Shown here: piece by piece, positions 1 through 12,430 of the stretch | How positions within the stretch are numbered: position 1 is the first letter of the stretch | Layout: each line of letters begins with the position of its first letter | NCBI RefSeq assembly: GCF_030144855.1 | Contig: NC_082709.1 | Location: 149,172,001 to 149,236,000, forward strand | DNA from: Hypanus sabinus | Taxonomy: Eukaryota | Direction of reading: 5' to 3' | Length of the DNA: 64,000 nucleotides | Position numbers and translations under genes: made by a program | Notes under the pieces: generated by a model | Told to the model about the DNA's origin: nothing | Database searches by the model: none | The model's input: the letters and a program-made list of their open reading frames with translations, nothing else

Positions 1-1220
1 CTTAATTAGCTTGTTAGGGCTATGGCTTGTTCACAGTCATCATTAGGAAAGGCCAGGTGATGCAGATTTCAAAGCTTTATAAATACCCTGACTCCTCAAA
101 CATTGTCCCAACAATCAGCAGCCAAGGGCTCCTCTAAGCAGCTGCCTAGCACTCTGAAAATTAAAATAAATGGTGCCCACAAAGCAGGAGAAGGCTATAA
201 GAAGATAGCAAAGCATTTTCAGGTAGCTGTTTCCACAGTTTGTAATGTAATTAAGAAATGGCAGTTAACAGGAACAGTGGAGGTCAAGTTGAGTTCTGGA
301 AGACCAAGAAAACTTTTTGAGAGAACTGCTCATAGGATTGCTAGAAAGGCAAATTAAAACCCCTGTTTGATTGCAGAAGACCTTCAGGAAGATTTAGCAG
401 ACTCTGGAGTGGTGGTGCACTGTTCTACTGTGCAGCGACACCTGCACAAATATGACTGTCATGGAAGAGTCGTCAGAAGAAAAACTTCCCTGCAACCTCA
501 CCACAAAATTCAGCATCAGAAGTTTACAAAGGAACATCTAAACAAGCCTGATGCATTTTGGAAACAAGTCCTGTGGACTGGTGAAGTTAAAATATAACTT
601 TTTGGCTGTAACGAGCAAAGGTATGTTTGGAGAAAAAAGGGTGCAGAATTTCATGAAAAGAACACCTCTCCAACTGTTAAGCACAGGGGTGAATCGATCA
701 CACGTTGGGCTTGTTTTGCAGCCAGTGGCACAGGGAACATTTCGCTGGTAGAGGGAAAAATGAATTCAATTAAATACCAGCAAATTCTGGAAGCAAACAT
801 CATACTGTCTGTTAAAAAGCTGAAGATGAAAAGAGGATGACTTCTACAACAGGATAATGATCCTCAACACACCTCAAAATCCACAATGGACTACCTCAAG
901 AGGCACAAGCTGAAGGTTTTGCCATGGCCCTCACAGTCCCCCGACCTAAACATCTGTGGATGGACCTCAAAAGAGCAGTTCATGCAAGATGACCCAAGAA
1001 TCTCACAGAACTAGAGGCCTTTGCAAGGAAGAATGGGTGAAACTCCCTCAAACAAGAATTGGAAGACTCTTAGCTGGCTTCAGAAAGCGTTTACAAGCTG
1101 TGATACTTGCAAAGGGGGTATTACTAAGTGCTCATCGTGCATAATGCCCAAACTTCTGCTTCAGGCCTTTTTTCATTTTTGTTATTTTGAAACTGTAAAA
1201 GATGGAAATAAAAAAGTAAT
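1..1220 (+). mobile_element. Tc1-family DNA transposon, degenerate transposase, right TIR missing
   Basis: ORF pieces 103-357 and 367-597 give the paired/HTH region (KKIAKHFQVAVSTV...GRPRK) and VLWT(G)EVKI with the first catalytic D mutated. Later frames give [12 protein letters not shown] and WPSQSPDLN. Several stops and frameshifts. The sequence breaks at about 1220 before a terminal repeat. Confidence 0.9.
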
Positions 1221-1525
1221 GGAAGTTAACAGGGTGAATGTGTGAATTAGACAGGAGAAGACAGAACATCTATTCTAATCTGCATAGAGGTTTATTCCAT
1301 TGAGAATAAAGAACAATTCACTTAATATAGTATTTCAAAAAATATATAAAATTAATACCAGCAAATTTGACATAAATATTGATTACACATAGTTGTCATG
1401 TTTTATTTTACTTAGAAACTGGTTTCATAAAGAATTTAGCTTTATCACATCTGGCTCAGAATGATTTCATTTCCCCAATGCTGGAGCCAAGTGGACAATG
1501 AAACAGCAACGTAAGTGTTCAGTTC
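1221..1525 (-). pseudogene. Truncated paralogous copy of the promoter/leader region of the left V-like gene
   Basis: Aligns by eye with 6530-6785 plus 7305-7375. Example 1: tttattccattgagaataaagaacaattcacttaat vs tttattccattggcaataaagaacagttcgcttaat. Example 2: gccaagtggacaatgaaacagc vs accaagtggagcacgaaacaac. Confidence 0.55.
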
Positions 1526-1539
1526 AGGATGCCTCTACA

Positions 1540-2520
1540 CCCTCTCCAGCTTGACAATATATCCATATAACAGGGTGATGCAAACTATACACAATTCTCC
1601 AAGTGCGGCTTCACCAATGACTTGTATAAGAGCAATGTAGTGTATCCACTCCCAAATTGACTGCCCCGAATGATGAAGTCCAGCATGCTGAACACCCTCT
1701 TTGCTACAGTTGTGCAGCCACTTCCTGCAAGCTCTATTCATGTGCTTTCAGGCCCCTCTGTTCCACAACACTCGTCCGTGCCCTGCCATTCACTGTATAA
1801 ATCCTACTCTGCTTTGACTGTTCGAAATGCATCAGGTCCATACTAAATTGAAATCTATTTGCCATTCCTCAGCCTATCTCCCTAACTAATCAAGATCTCT
1901 TGGCTATTCATTGCAATGAGCTTCACTGTCAACAAGACCCCCAAGTTAATATATCAGCAAACTTGTTGATCATGCATGTACACTTATATCCAATCATTTA
2001 CATAAATAATGAATAATGAATAACAAAAGTCCTTCAACTAACACCATCTGCTTTCTAACATCAAACCAATTCTGAATCTACCTCACTACCTCTCCATAAA
2101 TATTATGCAATCTAACCTTCGACACCATCCTGCCATGCAGGACCTTGTCATGTGAAGTCCATATAGACAACATCCACTTTCCCACCTTCATCTATTCCAT
2201 TAGTTATGTCTTTGGGGAAAACTCCAAAGCTTTCTCAGTTATTTCCTCCCATGCACAAATCTATGCTGACCATTCCTGGTCAGGTCATGACTATCTACAT
2301 CAGTGATGGTGAACCTGACCTTCAGAAGATACTCAGATTACTTCCCTACAGTTTAATCAAGCTCACCAGTGTGTAGTTCCCTGGCCAATCCTCGTTACCA
2401 ATCTTGAACCCTCTACCCTCCAGTCTTCTGGAACTTTGACAATAGCTAACAACAAAGCAATTAGGGGTTTTGTGATATCTTCACTGGGCTCCCATTAGGT
2501 CTGGGGATGCACTGTTCTGG
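1540..2520 (-). mobile_element. Old CR1 LINE ORF2 fragments
   Basis: Minus-strand CR1 RT-like phrases (IALIQVIGEAALGELC) and similarity to the fragment at 14020-14270; heavily degraded. Confidence 0.55.
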
Positions 2521-2704
2521 CCCACCTTAATGCACTTCAAAACTACAAAAACCTCCTTCATAATAAGCAAGGATTCAAAATTCACTACTTTTTAAATTCA
2601 TTTCCCTGGAATCCATGATATTCTTCTTAGCAAACAGAGAGGAGAAATGGACATGAAAGTTCTACAGGACCCAAAGTGCTCCTCAGGTGCCATTTCAGTA
2701 ATTA

Positions 2705-4050
2705 GGTCCACAGGTCCATAGGAGCAGAATTAGGCCTTTTAGCTCATCGAATCTGCTCCACCATTCCATCATAGCTGATCCCAGATCCCACTCAACCCCA
2801 CACCCCTGCCTTCTTGCCACATCCTTTGATGCCCTGGCCGATCAGAAAGTATCAACTTCTGCTTTGATTATACAGATGGACTTGACCTCCACCACAGTCT
2901 GTGGCAGAGCATTCCATCAATTTACTACTCTCTGGCCAAAAGAATTCTTCCTAACCTCTGTTCCAAAGGGTTGCTCCTCAATTTTGAGGCTGTGCTGTCT
3001 AGTTATGGTTACCCTAACCATAGGAAACATGCTCTCCCCATCGACCCTATCTTGTCCTTTCAACATTTGGTAGGTTTCAGGGAGATCCCCATGCATTCTT
3101 CTAAATTCCAGTGAGTACAGGACCAAAGCAGCAAAATACACCTTATATGTTAACCCCTTCGTTCCCAGAATCATCCTTGGAACCTCCTCTGGAATCTCTC
3201 CAATGACAACATACCCTTTCTGAGATATGAGGCCCAAAACTGTTGACAATACTCTGTGCAGCCTGGCTAGTGTCTTATAAAGCTTCAGCATCATCTCCTT
3301 GCTCTTATCCTCTATTCCCCTTGAAATAAATGCCAACATTGCATTTGCCTTCTTTACCACAGACTCAACCTGTAAATTAACCTTCTGGGAGTGTTGCATG
3401 AGGACTCCTAAGCCCTTCTACATCTCCGATGTTTGAACCTTCTCTCCATTTAGATAAAAGTCCGCACTATTGTTCCTTTTATCATACATTTCCCAACACT
3501 GTATTCCATCAGCCACTTCTTTGACCATTCTTCCAAGTCCTACTGCAATCACATTGCCTCCTCAGCACAACCTACCCTTCCAGCTATCTTTGTATCACCT
3601 GCAAACTTTGCCATAAAGCCATCAATTTCACTATCTAAATCACTGACAAAATGTGAAAATTAGTGGTCCCAATACTGGTCCCCTGAGGAACACCACTAGT
3701 CACTGTCAGCCAAACAAAAAGGCCTCTTTTATTGCCACTCACTGCCTCCTGTCTGTCAACCATTCCCCTATCCATGCCAGTAACCTTCTTGTAACGCCAT
3801 AGGATTTTATCTTGTTAAGCAGCCTCATGTGTGGCACTTTATCAAAAGCCTTCTGAAAATTCAAGTAAATGACATCCTCTGCCTCTCCTTTGTCCACCCT
3901 GCTTGTCACTTCCTCAAAGAACTCGAACAGATTTGTCAGGCAAGATTTCCCTTTACAGAAACCATGCTGACTTCGACTTATTTTATCATTAGTCTCCAAG
4001 TACCTTGAAACCTCAACCTTAATAATAGACTCCAACACTTTCCCTTCCAG
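2705..4050 (-). mobile_element. CR1 LINE, 5'-truncated (RT and 3' tail)
   Basis: ORF 3739-4086: SQHGFCKGKSCLTNLFEFFEEVT...DVIYLNFQKAFDKVPH. ORF 2917-3399: KANAMLAFISRGIE...LYSLEFRRM. CR1 3' tail near 2710-2800. Confidence 0.9.
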
Positions 4051-4149
4051 TTTTGGAACATTTCTGCACATCTTTTTTTCCTGCATTTTCTATTAAAATG
4101 AGTTAATCTTTTTCAGACAATCGACACAACTGGACTCTTGCGCTCTTCT

Positions 4150-4387
4150 AACTATCCATTTTAACCTAAAAAGGCGGAGCTGATAATTGGCCCCGATAAT
4201 CCCGAATGAAGCCACGCTAACATTTTACAGAGGTTTCGTATAACATCCGACTTGTTCAATCGGTGTATATTTCTAAATCCTTGAAGCTACTCGCTATCGG
4301 TAGCATTGCTCATTTCTATGTCGCCATTAATTGTTTCTACAAAAACGCTCCAATTTGCCTACCACCATATCCGGTCCATAGCCGTAT
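4150..4387 (-). pseudogene. Possible connecting-peptide/TM exon remnant of the left VJ-C1 gene
   Basis: Acceptor tttatttaaccag ends at 4388. The phase-1 frame reads ...E*LQGFRNIHRLNKSDVIRNLCKMLAWLHSGLSGPIISSAFLG* with two internal stops. E*LQG resembles NWLQG at about 56115. Confidence 0.3.
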
Positions 4388-4594
4388 CTGGTTAAATAAA
4401 TCAGGTTACCTTTACGTCTTGTGGGTATTTTAGTTAGAATTCTAAAAGTTATGATAAAAAGTCATTCAGTTGAAACACTGTGTCGTCAGGGACCCTCTGA
4501 ATGGGAACTCTGGACCTAACTGATATCGTCACCAACTGTCGATTACAGTTGTACTCGCTGACTTTGAGATTTTCTTTTACCCGTGTAAACCCAC

Positions 4595-4881
4595 CTTGCT
4601 GAATCTGAAACTTTTCCTTATTCCTTATAGACTCATTCCGGTTCCGTGCCGAACTAAGCAGGTCGCTCCCGCCGAGAGTTGCCCGCAGCTGGAATCATAG
4701 GCTCTCGAGACGGTCCCCATTTACCCTCAAGGGGCCCACCTCTGTTTAACCGAGACATCTCCCGTAACAGTCCAAGAAATGTTCAGATCTCTCGGGGAAA
4801 ATCCTGCAGCCACACGAATAAGTGTGTAAATACCAGCAGCTTCATTCTTCGGATTCAGTGAGAGAGAGACGTTAGGCTTCA
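4595..4881 (-). pseudogene. Ig C1-set domain exon (pseudogene)
   Basis: Translates VKPNVSLSLNPKNEAAGIYTLIRVAAGFSPRDLNISW, where the B-strand Cys codon reads cgt; the GFxP motif and C-strand W are present. After frameshifts it gives ATCLVRHG (the F-strand CxVxH). The exon is 287 nt with donor caag|gtgggt; the acceptor reads cgg instead of cag. Confidence 0.8.
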
Positions 4882-5379
4882 CCGCACAAACCCCGCCGAC
4901 AACACGTTGTGAATTTTGTTTTTACACAGATGGATACATGTGTGGACACAACTGAAGACGGTGCACGGATACAAAGGAAACAATGTAAACTGAACTGATT
5001 AGTTTGTGTCTCAAAATGCAGGAAGAGAAATAAAATACCGCCCGGGAAAGGAATGAATTCGAAGTAACACAGCGAGTGATTTTTTTTTAAAAAAAGCGGT
5101 TGCCTGTGATCTGGAATTAAAAATTGAAATAGCAGAGAAACAGACTTAAAGTTTCAGGTCAGTGTTCTGCCAAAGGGTTTCAATACCAAACATTAACTGT
5201 TTCTCTCTGCGCATTTGCGACCTGACCAGTTTCCAGCACTTTCTAGTTTTATTTTTCAGTTTCTTTCGTCCAGGCACACTTTAGTCCCAGGATGCAAATT
5301 ACACTGGCAGTGAGTCCCAAACAGGATGTTTAACGGTTCCGATTCCCCATTACCAGTCTCTCTGGCGTTTAAACGATTT

Positions 5380-6060
5380 CAGAATCAGAATCAGAATCAG
5401 GTTTATTATCACTGGCATGTGACGTGAAATTTATTAATTTGGCAGCAGCAGTTCAATGCAATACATAATCTAGCAGAGAGTAAAAAAATAAATAAAATAA
5501 AAATAATATATAAACAAGTAAATCAATTACAGTGTACGTATATTAAATAGATTTTTTAAAACACATCCAAAAACAGAAATAATATCTATTAAAAAGTGAG
5601 GTAGTGTCCAAAGCTTCAAAGTCCATTCAGGAATCGGATGGCAAAGGGGAAGAAGCTGTTCCTGTGTCTCTGAGTGTTGCCTCCAGACTTCTGCATCTGC
5701 TGGTACCTGATGGTAACAGTGAGAAAAGGGCATGCCCTGGGTGCTGGAGGTCCTTAATAATGGATGTTGCCTTTCTGAGACACTGCTCCCTGAAGATGTC
5801 ATGGGTACTTTGTAGGCTAGTACCCAAGATGGAGCTGAGCAGAATTACAACCTTCTGCAGCTTCTTTCGGTCCGGCGCAGTAGCCCCTCAATACCAGATG
5901 GTTTGCAGCCTGTCAGAATGGTACAACTAAATAAAGTTTTTGAGTGTATTTGTTGACATGCCAAATCTCTTCAAACCCCTAATAAAGTATAGCCGCTGTC
6001 CTCCCTTGGTAATAACTACATCGATACGTTGGACCAGGTTAGAAATTCAGAGATCTTGTT
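5380..6060 (-). mobile_element. Rex1/Babar-type LINE 3' fragment
   Basis: Translation STHDIFREQCLRKATSIIKDLQHPGHALFSLLPSG; (cagaat)n tail at 5380-5400. Confidence 0.75.
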
Positions 6061-6164
6061 GGCGTTGCTAAAGCGGTCGGAGTGTTGCATTTCACCGCCT
6101 CTCTTTCAGTGAACTTTTGGAAATCTGCACCAACGACCCTGCTGCCCACCCAAGTTGTGGAGCT

Positions 6165-6576
6165 GTTGTATCAGCAGCATTTTCTGTATCTTCCCCGTAC
6201 ATGGGATTGTTTGGGTGAAGGTTAATCCAATTACCTCGGGCCACAAAAGGAAAAGCCAAACTAAACGTGGCGAAGCCATACCACCCTCTGTGAAAAATCC
6301 CGAGCGACCAGCGAGCGCTCAGGCTGCCGAGTGCCTGTCTTCAACAAGTTCCAGCTGACAATCCCGGCACTGTCCGGCGTCCGAGACCATTCTCGCCGGA
6401 TCCTTCGGCTCCTCCTCGATTCGCAGCTGTTTGCCCTCGACGAGGGGTCAAAACCGTAGGGGACTGGATAATTTTTAGACTGACAACGATCCCTGCGATT
6501 ACCACCATCAGCAAATTGTGGAAGGAAAACGGGAATACTGTAGAAGACAGCAGCGGTGAAGGCGTGAATTGCCCAT
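6165..6576 (-). pseudogene. Leader plus germline-joined VJ-type Ig V exon (frameshifted pseudogene)
   Basis: Leader-like WAIHAFTAAVFY near 6576-6540, acceptor gcag ending 6493. Then IVVSLKIIQSPTVLTPRRGQTA; shifted frame AGIVSWNLLKTG...RDFSQRV; GFSFC; shifted ARGNWINLHPNNPMYGEDT (J-like YGxGT with G>D) at about 6199-6185. Confidence 0.6.
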
Positions 6577-6784
6577 GAGAAAGAACCAGAACTATTTATT
6601 CCATTGGCAATAAAGAACAGTTCGCTTAATGTAGTGTTTCAAAACATACAGTAAGTAAAATCAATATCAGCAAAATTAATATTGAATACACACACGTCAT
6701 CACTCATAGTTGTACCTACGCTGTGAGTTTCCTTTGTTTTACTTGGAAAGCGGCTTCGTAATGATCTTGCCTAAATCATATTTG

Positions 6785-7310
6785 ACAATAGACAATAGGT
6801 GCAGGAATAGGCCATTCGGCCCTTCTAGCCAGCACCGCCATTCACTGTGATCATGGCTGATCATACACAATCAGTACCCCATTCCTGCCCTCTCCCCATA
6901 TCCCTTGACCCCGCTATCTATAAGAGCTCTATCTAACTCTCTCTTGAATGCATCCAGAGACTTGGCCTCCACTGCCTTCTGGGACAGAGCATTCCACATA
7001 TCCACCACTCTGGGTGAAAAAGTTTTTCCGCATCTCTGTTCTAAATGGCCTACCCCTTATTCTTAAACTGTGGCCTCTAGTTCTGGACTCACCCATCAGC
7101 GGGAACATGATTCCTGCCTCCAGCGTGTCCAATTTCTTAATAATCTTATATGTTTCAATCAGATCCCCTTTCATCCTTCTAAATTCCAGTGTATACAAGC
7201 CCAGTCGCTCCAATCTTTCAACATATGACAGTCCCGCCATTCCGGGAATTAACCTTGTGAACCTATGCTGCACTCCCTCAATAGCAAGAATGTCCTTCCT
7301 CAAATTTGGA
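6785..7310 (-). mobile_element. CR1 LINE 3' end, relatively young
   Basis: ORF 6929-7303: DILAIEGVQHRFTRLIPGMAGLSYVERLERLGLYTLEFRRMKGDL; gacaatagacaatag tail. Confidence 0.95.
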
Positions 7311-8499
7311 TCGGAAAGTTTTTATTTCCCCTGTTCTGGGACCAAGTGGAGCACGAAACAACAGCGAAAGTGTACAAAATTGCACTGCCTTAGCACCTAA
7401 TAGACATTGAATGCCGCCGGCAATGCAACTTGTTACTTTGGGTATACTGTTGCCATGTGTACTGAAATAGATTGAGAAGCTTTTGTACTGTGTGCCAGCC
7501 AGCCGGAATATTCCCTGAGATAGCTAAGAGGAAAACGGATTGCAGAACAGTGCTACAGTTACAGAGAAAGTGCAAAGAAAGCAGAGAAGTGCGAGGAAAG
7601 TAACACGAAGAAAAAAGATAAATATCTGGGTCATCAAGTATGTTTGTCCACCCAGAGACTCCGAGCCAGGTGATTCGAGATCGTTTCCTGACCCGAATTG
7701 CCTCTCACATCTCAGTAACCTTTTTCTACAATCAACACATGCAGCTCAGTTCCATTTTATGTTCAATGTTCTGGATAAGGCTTGATCTTTAATTTACTAT
7801 GAACTTCGCCATGCCACATTAATGAAATGGCCGCATCCAAAACGGTTGGACGGTTCTCTTTCTGTGAGCCAAAGGCACAGAGCTCCCCACCTGGACTTCC
7901 CGTTATCTTGCTCACTAATCAGACTGAAGGATAAGTGACCAGTGAAATCTGAACTTGTAATTCAGCAAATTCAGGGTGACTTAACTATAAATGGGAAATA
8001 CAAGTTGGTTTATGAGAAAGGGTAAATGAGCCAAAATATATAAAAAATTTATATATCGCCTTTAAAAATGTCCTTGATTTAAACATCTGAATTTTGGTAA
8101 AATTGTTTGCAAGATTTTTTTTACTAAATTGGGAAACGAAGCTGGCTATGCCATAAAAGGTGACAGGTGCGAGAAGGCAAGCCCTAACATTGTAAACATA
8201 AAAGCGGTTAAATACAAGCGTCAGCTGTGGTGCACAAGCTAACTTAGCCATTTCAAATATGAGGTCTGAGGCAGTTAACTGAGATGCTATTTTGGAAGCA
8301 AACAGAAACTTGTGGTGAGTGGAGTACGCAATCAAATCGACAACATTGTGAGCATGCTATTTTACACCGGAATATGTGGCAACGATTGTGGACTGCTTCA
8401 AGCACGCTCTAGGGTATGATGGCTGTTAACCGAAATTGTGCATTTCACCGTATATTTCAATGTACACATGATAAATAAAATTCACTCTTGGAATTCCAG

Positions 8500-10718
8500 A
8501 GGCGAAGCGAGAGGTTGTTCGTTGGCGAGGCTGCGCAAGGTTTAAAAGGAGCTTGAGATGTTTTGGCATTTTCTGCAGGCTGCAATCATTGTTAAGGTTT
8601 AAAAGGGGCCTGGGAACATTTGGAACTTTTTGAAGAGATGCTATAATCGCAATCCTTTAGACACTCGGCAGTGGCCAATAAAAAGAAGTGTGTGTGGGGG
8701 GTGGGGGTTGGTAAACTGAGTGACCATTGTTTGACTGGACAGTGTTAGACTTTGGCACAACAGCGTTAGGTGAGAACACGCACAGGCTAGAGCTTAAGCA
8801 CGAGAAGTCAGAGGTATAACAAGTGCAGTCAGGATAGTAGATCTAGCAGTGGAATGCTGCTGCTGTGGGATGTATACTCTGGCTGACGACTACATCTGTA
8901 GGAAGTGCATCCAACTTCAGCTCCTGACTGACAAGGTCAAGGAAATGGAACTAGAGCTGGATGTACTCAGGTGTACAGGCTTCAGATGGTAGATGGGTGA
9001 CCACCAGAAGTAAAGGGAGAAATTAGTCAGTGCAGGGTTTCCCCTGTGGCCATTCCCCCAACAAGTAAACCCCTTTGGATACCGCTGGGACTGGGAGTGA
9101 CCTTTCAGGGTACAGCAGCAACAGCCAGGCCAGTGGCTCCGTGGCCGGCTCTGAGGCTCAGCAGGGAAGGGTAAAGTCAGGCAGAGCAGTAGAGATAGGA
9201 GACTCGATAGTAGGGGAAAGGAAAAGTGATTCTGTGGCTACAGGTTGGTGCCAGATCCCAAGAAAGGGAATTTGTAGAATGCCTATGAGATTGCTCTTAG
9301 TGCAGCTTGAGATCGAGCCCATATGTATGTGAAAGGCAATTCACAATTAGGTGTTGTGTAATAAACCAGATTTGATGAGGGAGCTTAAGGTAAAGAAATC
9401 CTTAGGAAGCAGTGATCATAAATGATAGAATTCAATCTGCAGAAGAAGATAAAATCAAATGTATCATTATTACAGTGGAGTAAAGGGAATTACAGAGGCA
9501 TGAGAAAGGAGCAGGCCATAGTTGATTGGAAGGGGACACTAGCAGGATGTCAGCAGAACAACAATGAATAGAGTTTCTGGGAACAATGTGGAAAGCACAG
9601 GACAGATACATCCCAAAGATGAAATAGTATTGTAAAGAGAGGATGATCCGAGCATGGCTGACAAGCAAAGTGAAAGACAGCATAAAGGCAAAAGAGAGGG
9701 CATATAATAGAGCAAAAATTAGTGGGAAGTTAGTGGATTGTGAAGTAAGCTTTTAAAAAACCAAAAGGAGAGAAAAGATGAAATATGAAGGTAAGCTAGC
9801 CAATCATATAAAAGCGGATGTTAAAGTTTTTCAGATATGTAAAGAGTAAAAGGGACAAGAGTGAATATTGGATCACTAGAAAATGACACTAGAGAGGCAA
9901 TACTGGGGGACAAGGAAATGGCAGATGAACTAATTAAGTATTTTACACCAGTCTTCACTGTGGAAGACAGCAGCAGTTGCCAGATGTTCGAGAATATCGG
10001 GGACCAAGTGAGTTTAACTTCTGTTACTAAGGAGAAGGTGCTTGGGAAGCTGAAAGGTCAGAAGGTGAATAAGTCAACTGGGCCAGAAGGAATACGCCCC
10101 AGGTTCCTGAGAGAGGCAGCTGAAGAGTTTGTGGAAACATTAGTAATGATCTTCCATGAATCACTAGATTCTGGAATGGTTCTAGAGGACTGGAAATTTA
10201 TATACTGTATGCCTCTCCACTCTTTGAGAAGGGAGGGAAGCATGAGAAAGGAAATTATAGGCTATTTAGCCTGACTTCATTGGATGGGAAAACATTGGAG
10301 TCCGTTATTAAGGATGAGGTTTCAGGGTACTTGGAGACACATAGCAAAGCAGGCCAAGTCAGTATGGATTCCTGAAGGTGAAATCCTACCTAGCAAATCT
10401 GTTGAGGTCTTTGAGGAAACAACAGGCAGGATAGACAAAGGAAGGTCTGTAGATATCTTTTACTTGGATTTTTAAAAGGCCTTCGGCAAGGTGCCACATA
10501 TGAGACTACTAAACAAGATGAGAGCCATGGTATTAAAGGGAAAACATCAGCATGGAAAGAGGATTAGCTGACTGGCAGGAGGGGAAGAATAGAAATAAAA
10601 GGGCTTTTTCTGTTTGGCTGCCAGTGATTCATGGTGTTCCTCAGGGGTCAGTGTTGGAAATGCCTCATTTCACTTTATATGTCAATGACTTGGATAACAG
10701 AATTAATTGCTTTGTGGC
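8500..10718 (+). mobile_element. CR1 LINE 5' part (ORF1 zinc-finger/esterase remnants, ORF2 with deletions)
   Basis: ORF1-like C..C / YICRKC near 8850-8910 and AVEIGDSIV; ORF2 pieces NKSTGPEGIRPRFLRE and GVPQGSVL; interrupted at 10719. Confidence 0.85.
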
Positions 10719-11292
10719 AGCACGAGTGAATCTGCAGATGCTGGAAATAAATAAAAAACACAAAATGCTGGCAGAACTCAGCAGGCCATACAGCATCTAT
10801 GGGAGGAGGTAATAATGACGTTTGGAACATAGATTGCTCCACATGGCCGACAAAAAGGCAGGCATAGCTAGGACCCATGCAGGTGCCCAGGGCTACACCT
10901 TTAGTTTGGAGGAAGTGGGAGGAGCCAAAGGAGAACTAAAGGTGTAGCCATGGGCACCCGCATGGGTCCTAGCTATGCCTGCCTTTTTGTCGGCCATGTG
11001 GAGTAATCTATGTTCCAAGCCTACACCGGTATCTGTCCTCCACTTTTCTTGCATTATTTCGACGACTGCATCGGCGCTGCTTCCTGCACGCATGCTGAGC
11101 TCATTGACTTCATTAACTTCGCCTCCAACTTTCACCCCACCCTCAAATTCACCTGGTCTATTTCCGACACCTCCCTCCCCTTTCTAGTTCTTTCTGTTTC
11201 TATCTCTGGAGTCGGCCTATCCACTGACGTCTACTACAAACCTACTAACTCCCACAGCTACCTAGACTATTCCTCTCCCACCCTGTCTCCTG

Positions 11293-12059
11293 TGTTACGA
11301 ACCCCATAACTGGGTCACTTACCAGCAAAGATAGAGAGTCCCATTGAAGTCTGATGGTACTATTTTTAAAAGTCTTTATTTATAAAGGGGCACAAAAATA
11401 AGATTAATACAGACATTCAGATAAAATACGTCATCAATATTCAATCGAAAAACGCGGGTATAATAATAATCATCAATTAAGCAATAGCTCTATCATTTGT
11501 CTCGGGGATATTGTATTGTCCGATGGAAAGGTAAAAGTCACTGTCCTTTCAAGCTGCAGCTTTTGGGTTTAAGAGAGACGGTTTTAAACTTGCCCGAGAC
11601 TTTTATGAGGCCAATCCATTGCGTCGGGGGAGTTGGTTCCCCGTTGTTAGTTCCAAGTCATTTTCCGTGGTACCAGCCACCAGCTCCCAGGCAAGGGAAC
11701 TGAACGCACGTGGCTTCCTTCAAATGGCTTCCCGCTATTACAGGATCACTAGCGTTTCTTCTGGTGCGTCTGAAAGTGGTTGTCCCCCCAGACCCTCTTT
11801 TATACTTCCTCACGGGTTCTCAGATGTCAATCAGGTTGGGATGATGCAATCCCTCTCTCAACCAGCCCACTTTGCCCGAGGGCTTGCACGTAGCATAGTC
11901 CCCAATCCACAAACGTGGTCTCCAGGAGACGATGGCCAGGTCTCTCTCTCTCATTTCCTGGGTCCTCTGACACAACCGAATAATGCTCTTGCGATTCTCA
12001 CAAAGGAGTGGGCTCCCCCGCACCCTTCGGCCCCTCAGAGCTTTGGTGCATTCATAACA
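11293..12059 (-). mobile_element. Solo LTR (767 bp) inserted in the Penelope RT
   Basis: Termini tgttacgaa...ttcataaca (TG...CA, short inverted repeat); 4-bp TSD cctg at 11289-11292 and 12060-12063; AATAAA on the minus strand near 11380; partial second copy at 18098-18519. Confidence 0.9.
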
Positions 12060-12430
12060 CCTGCAAAAATGCTATCCCTTTCTCTCAATTCCTCCGCCTC
12101 CGCCGCATCTGCTCTCAGGATGAGGCCTTTCATTCTAGGACAAAGGAGATGTCTTCCTTTTTTAAAGAAAGGGGCTTCCTTTCGTCCACTATCAACTCTG
12201 CCCTCCATCGCGTCTCCCGTATTTCACGCACCTCTGCCCTCACCCCATCCCCCAGCCAGCCCACCAGGGATAGGGTCCCCCTGGTCCTCACCTATCACCC
12301 TACCAGCCTACAGATCCAACGTATAATCCTCCATAACTTCCGCCACCTCCTATCCACCAGCCACATCTTCCCCTCCCCAACCCTCGGCTTTCCGCAGGGA
12401 TCGCTCCCTACGTGACTCCCTTGTGCATTC

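Noticed and set aside
4476-4482. Perfect RSS heptamer (cactgtg / cacagtg) in the intron after the C1 exon
   Set aside because: No nonamer at 12- or 23-bp spacing in either direction and not adjacent to a V or J end; a 7-mer is expected by chance in 64 kb
7985-8335. 116-aa minus-strand ORF in unique-looking sequence
   Set aside because: AT-rich, no domain motifs, no splice context
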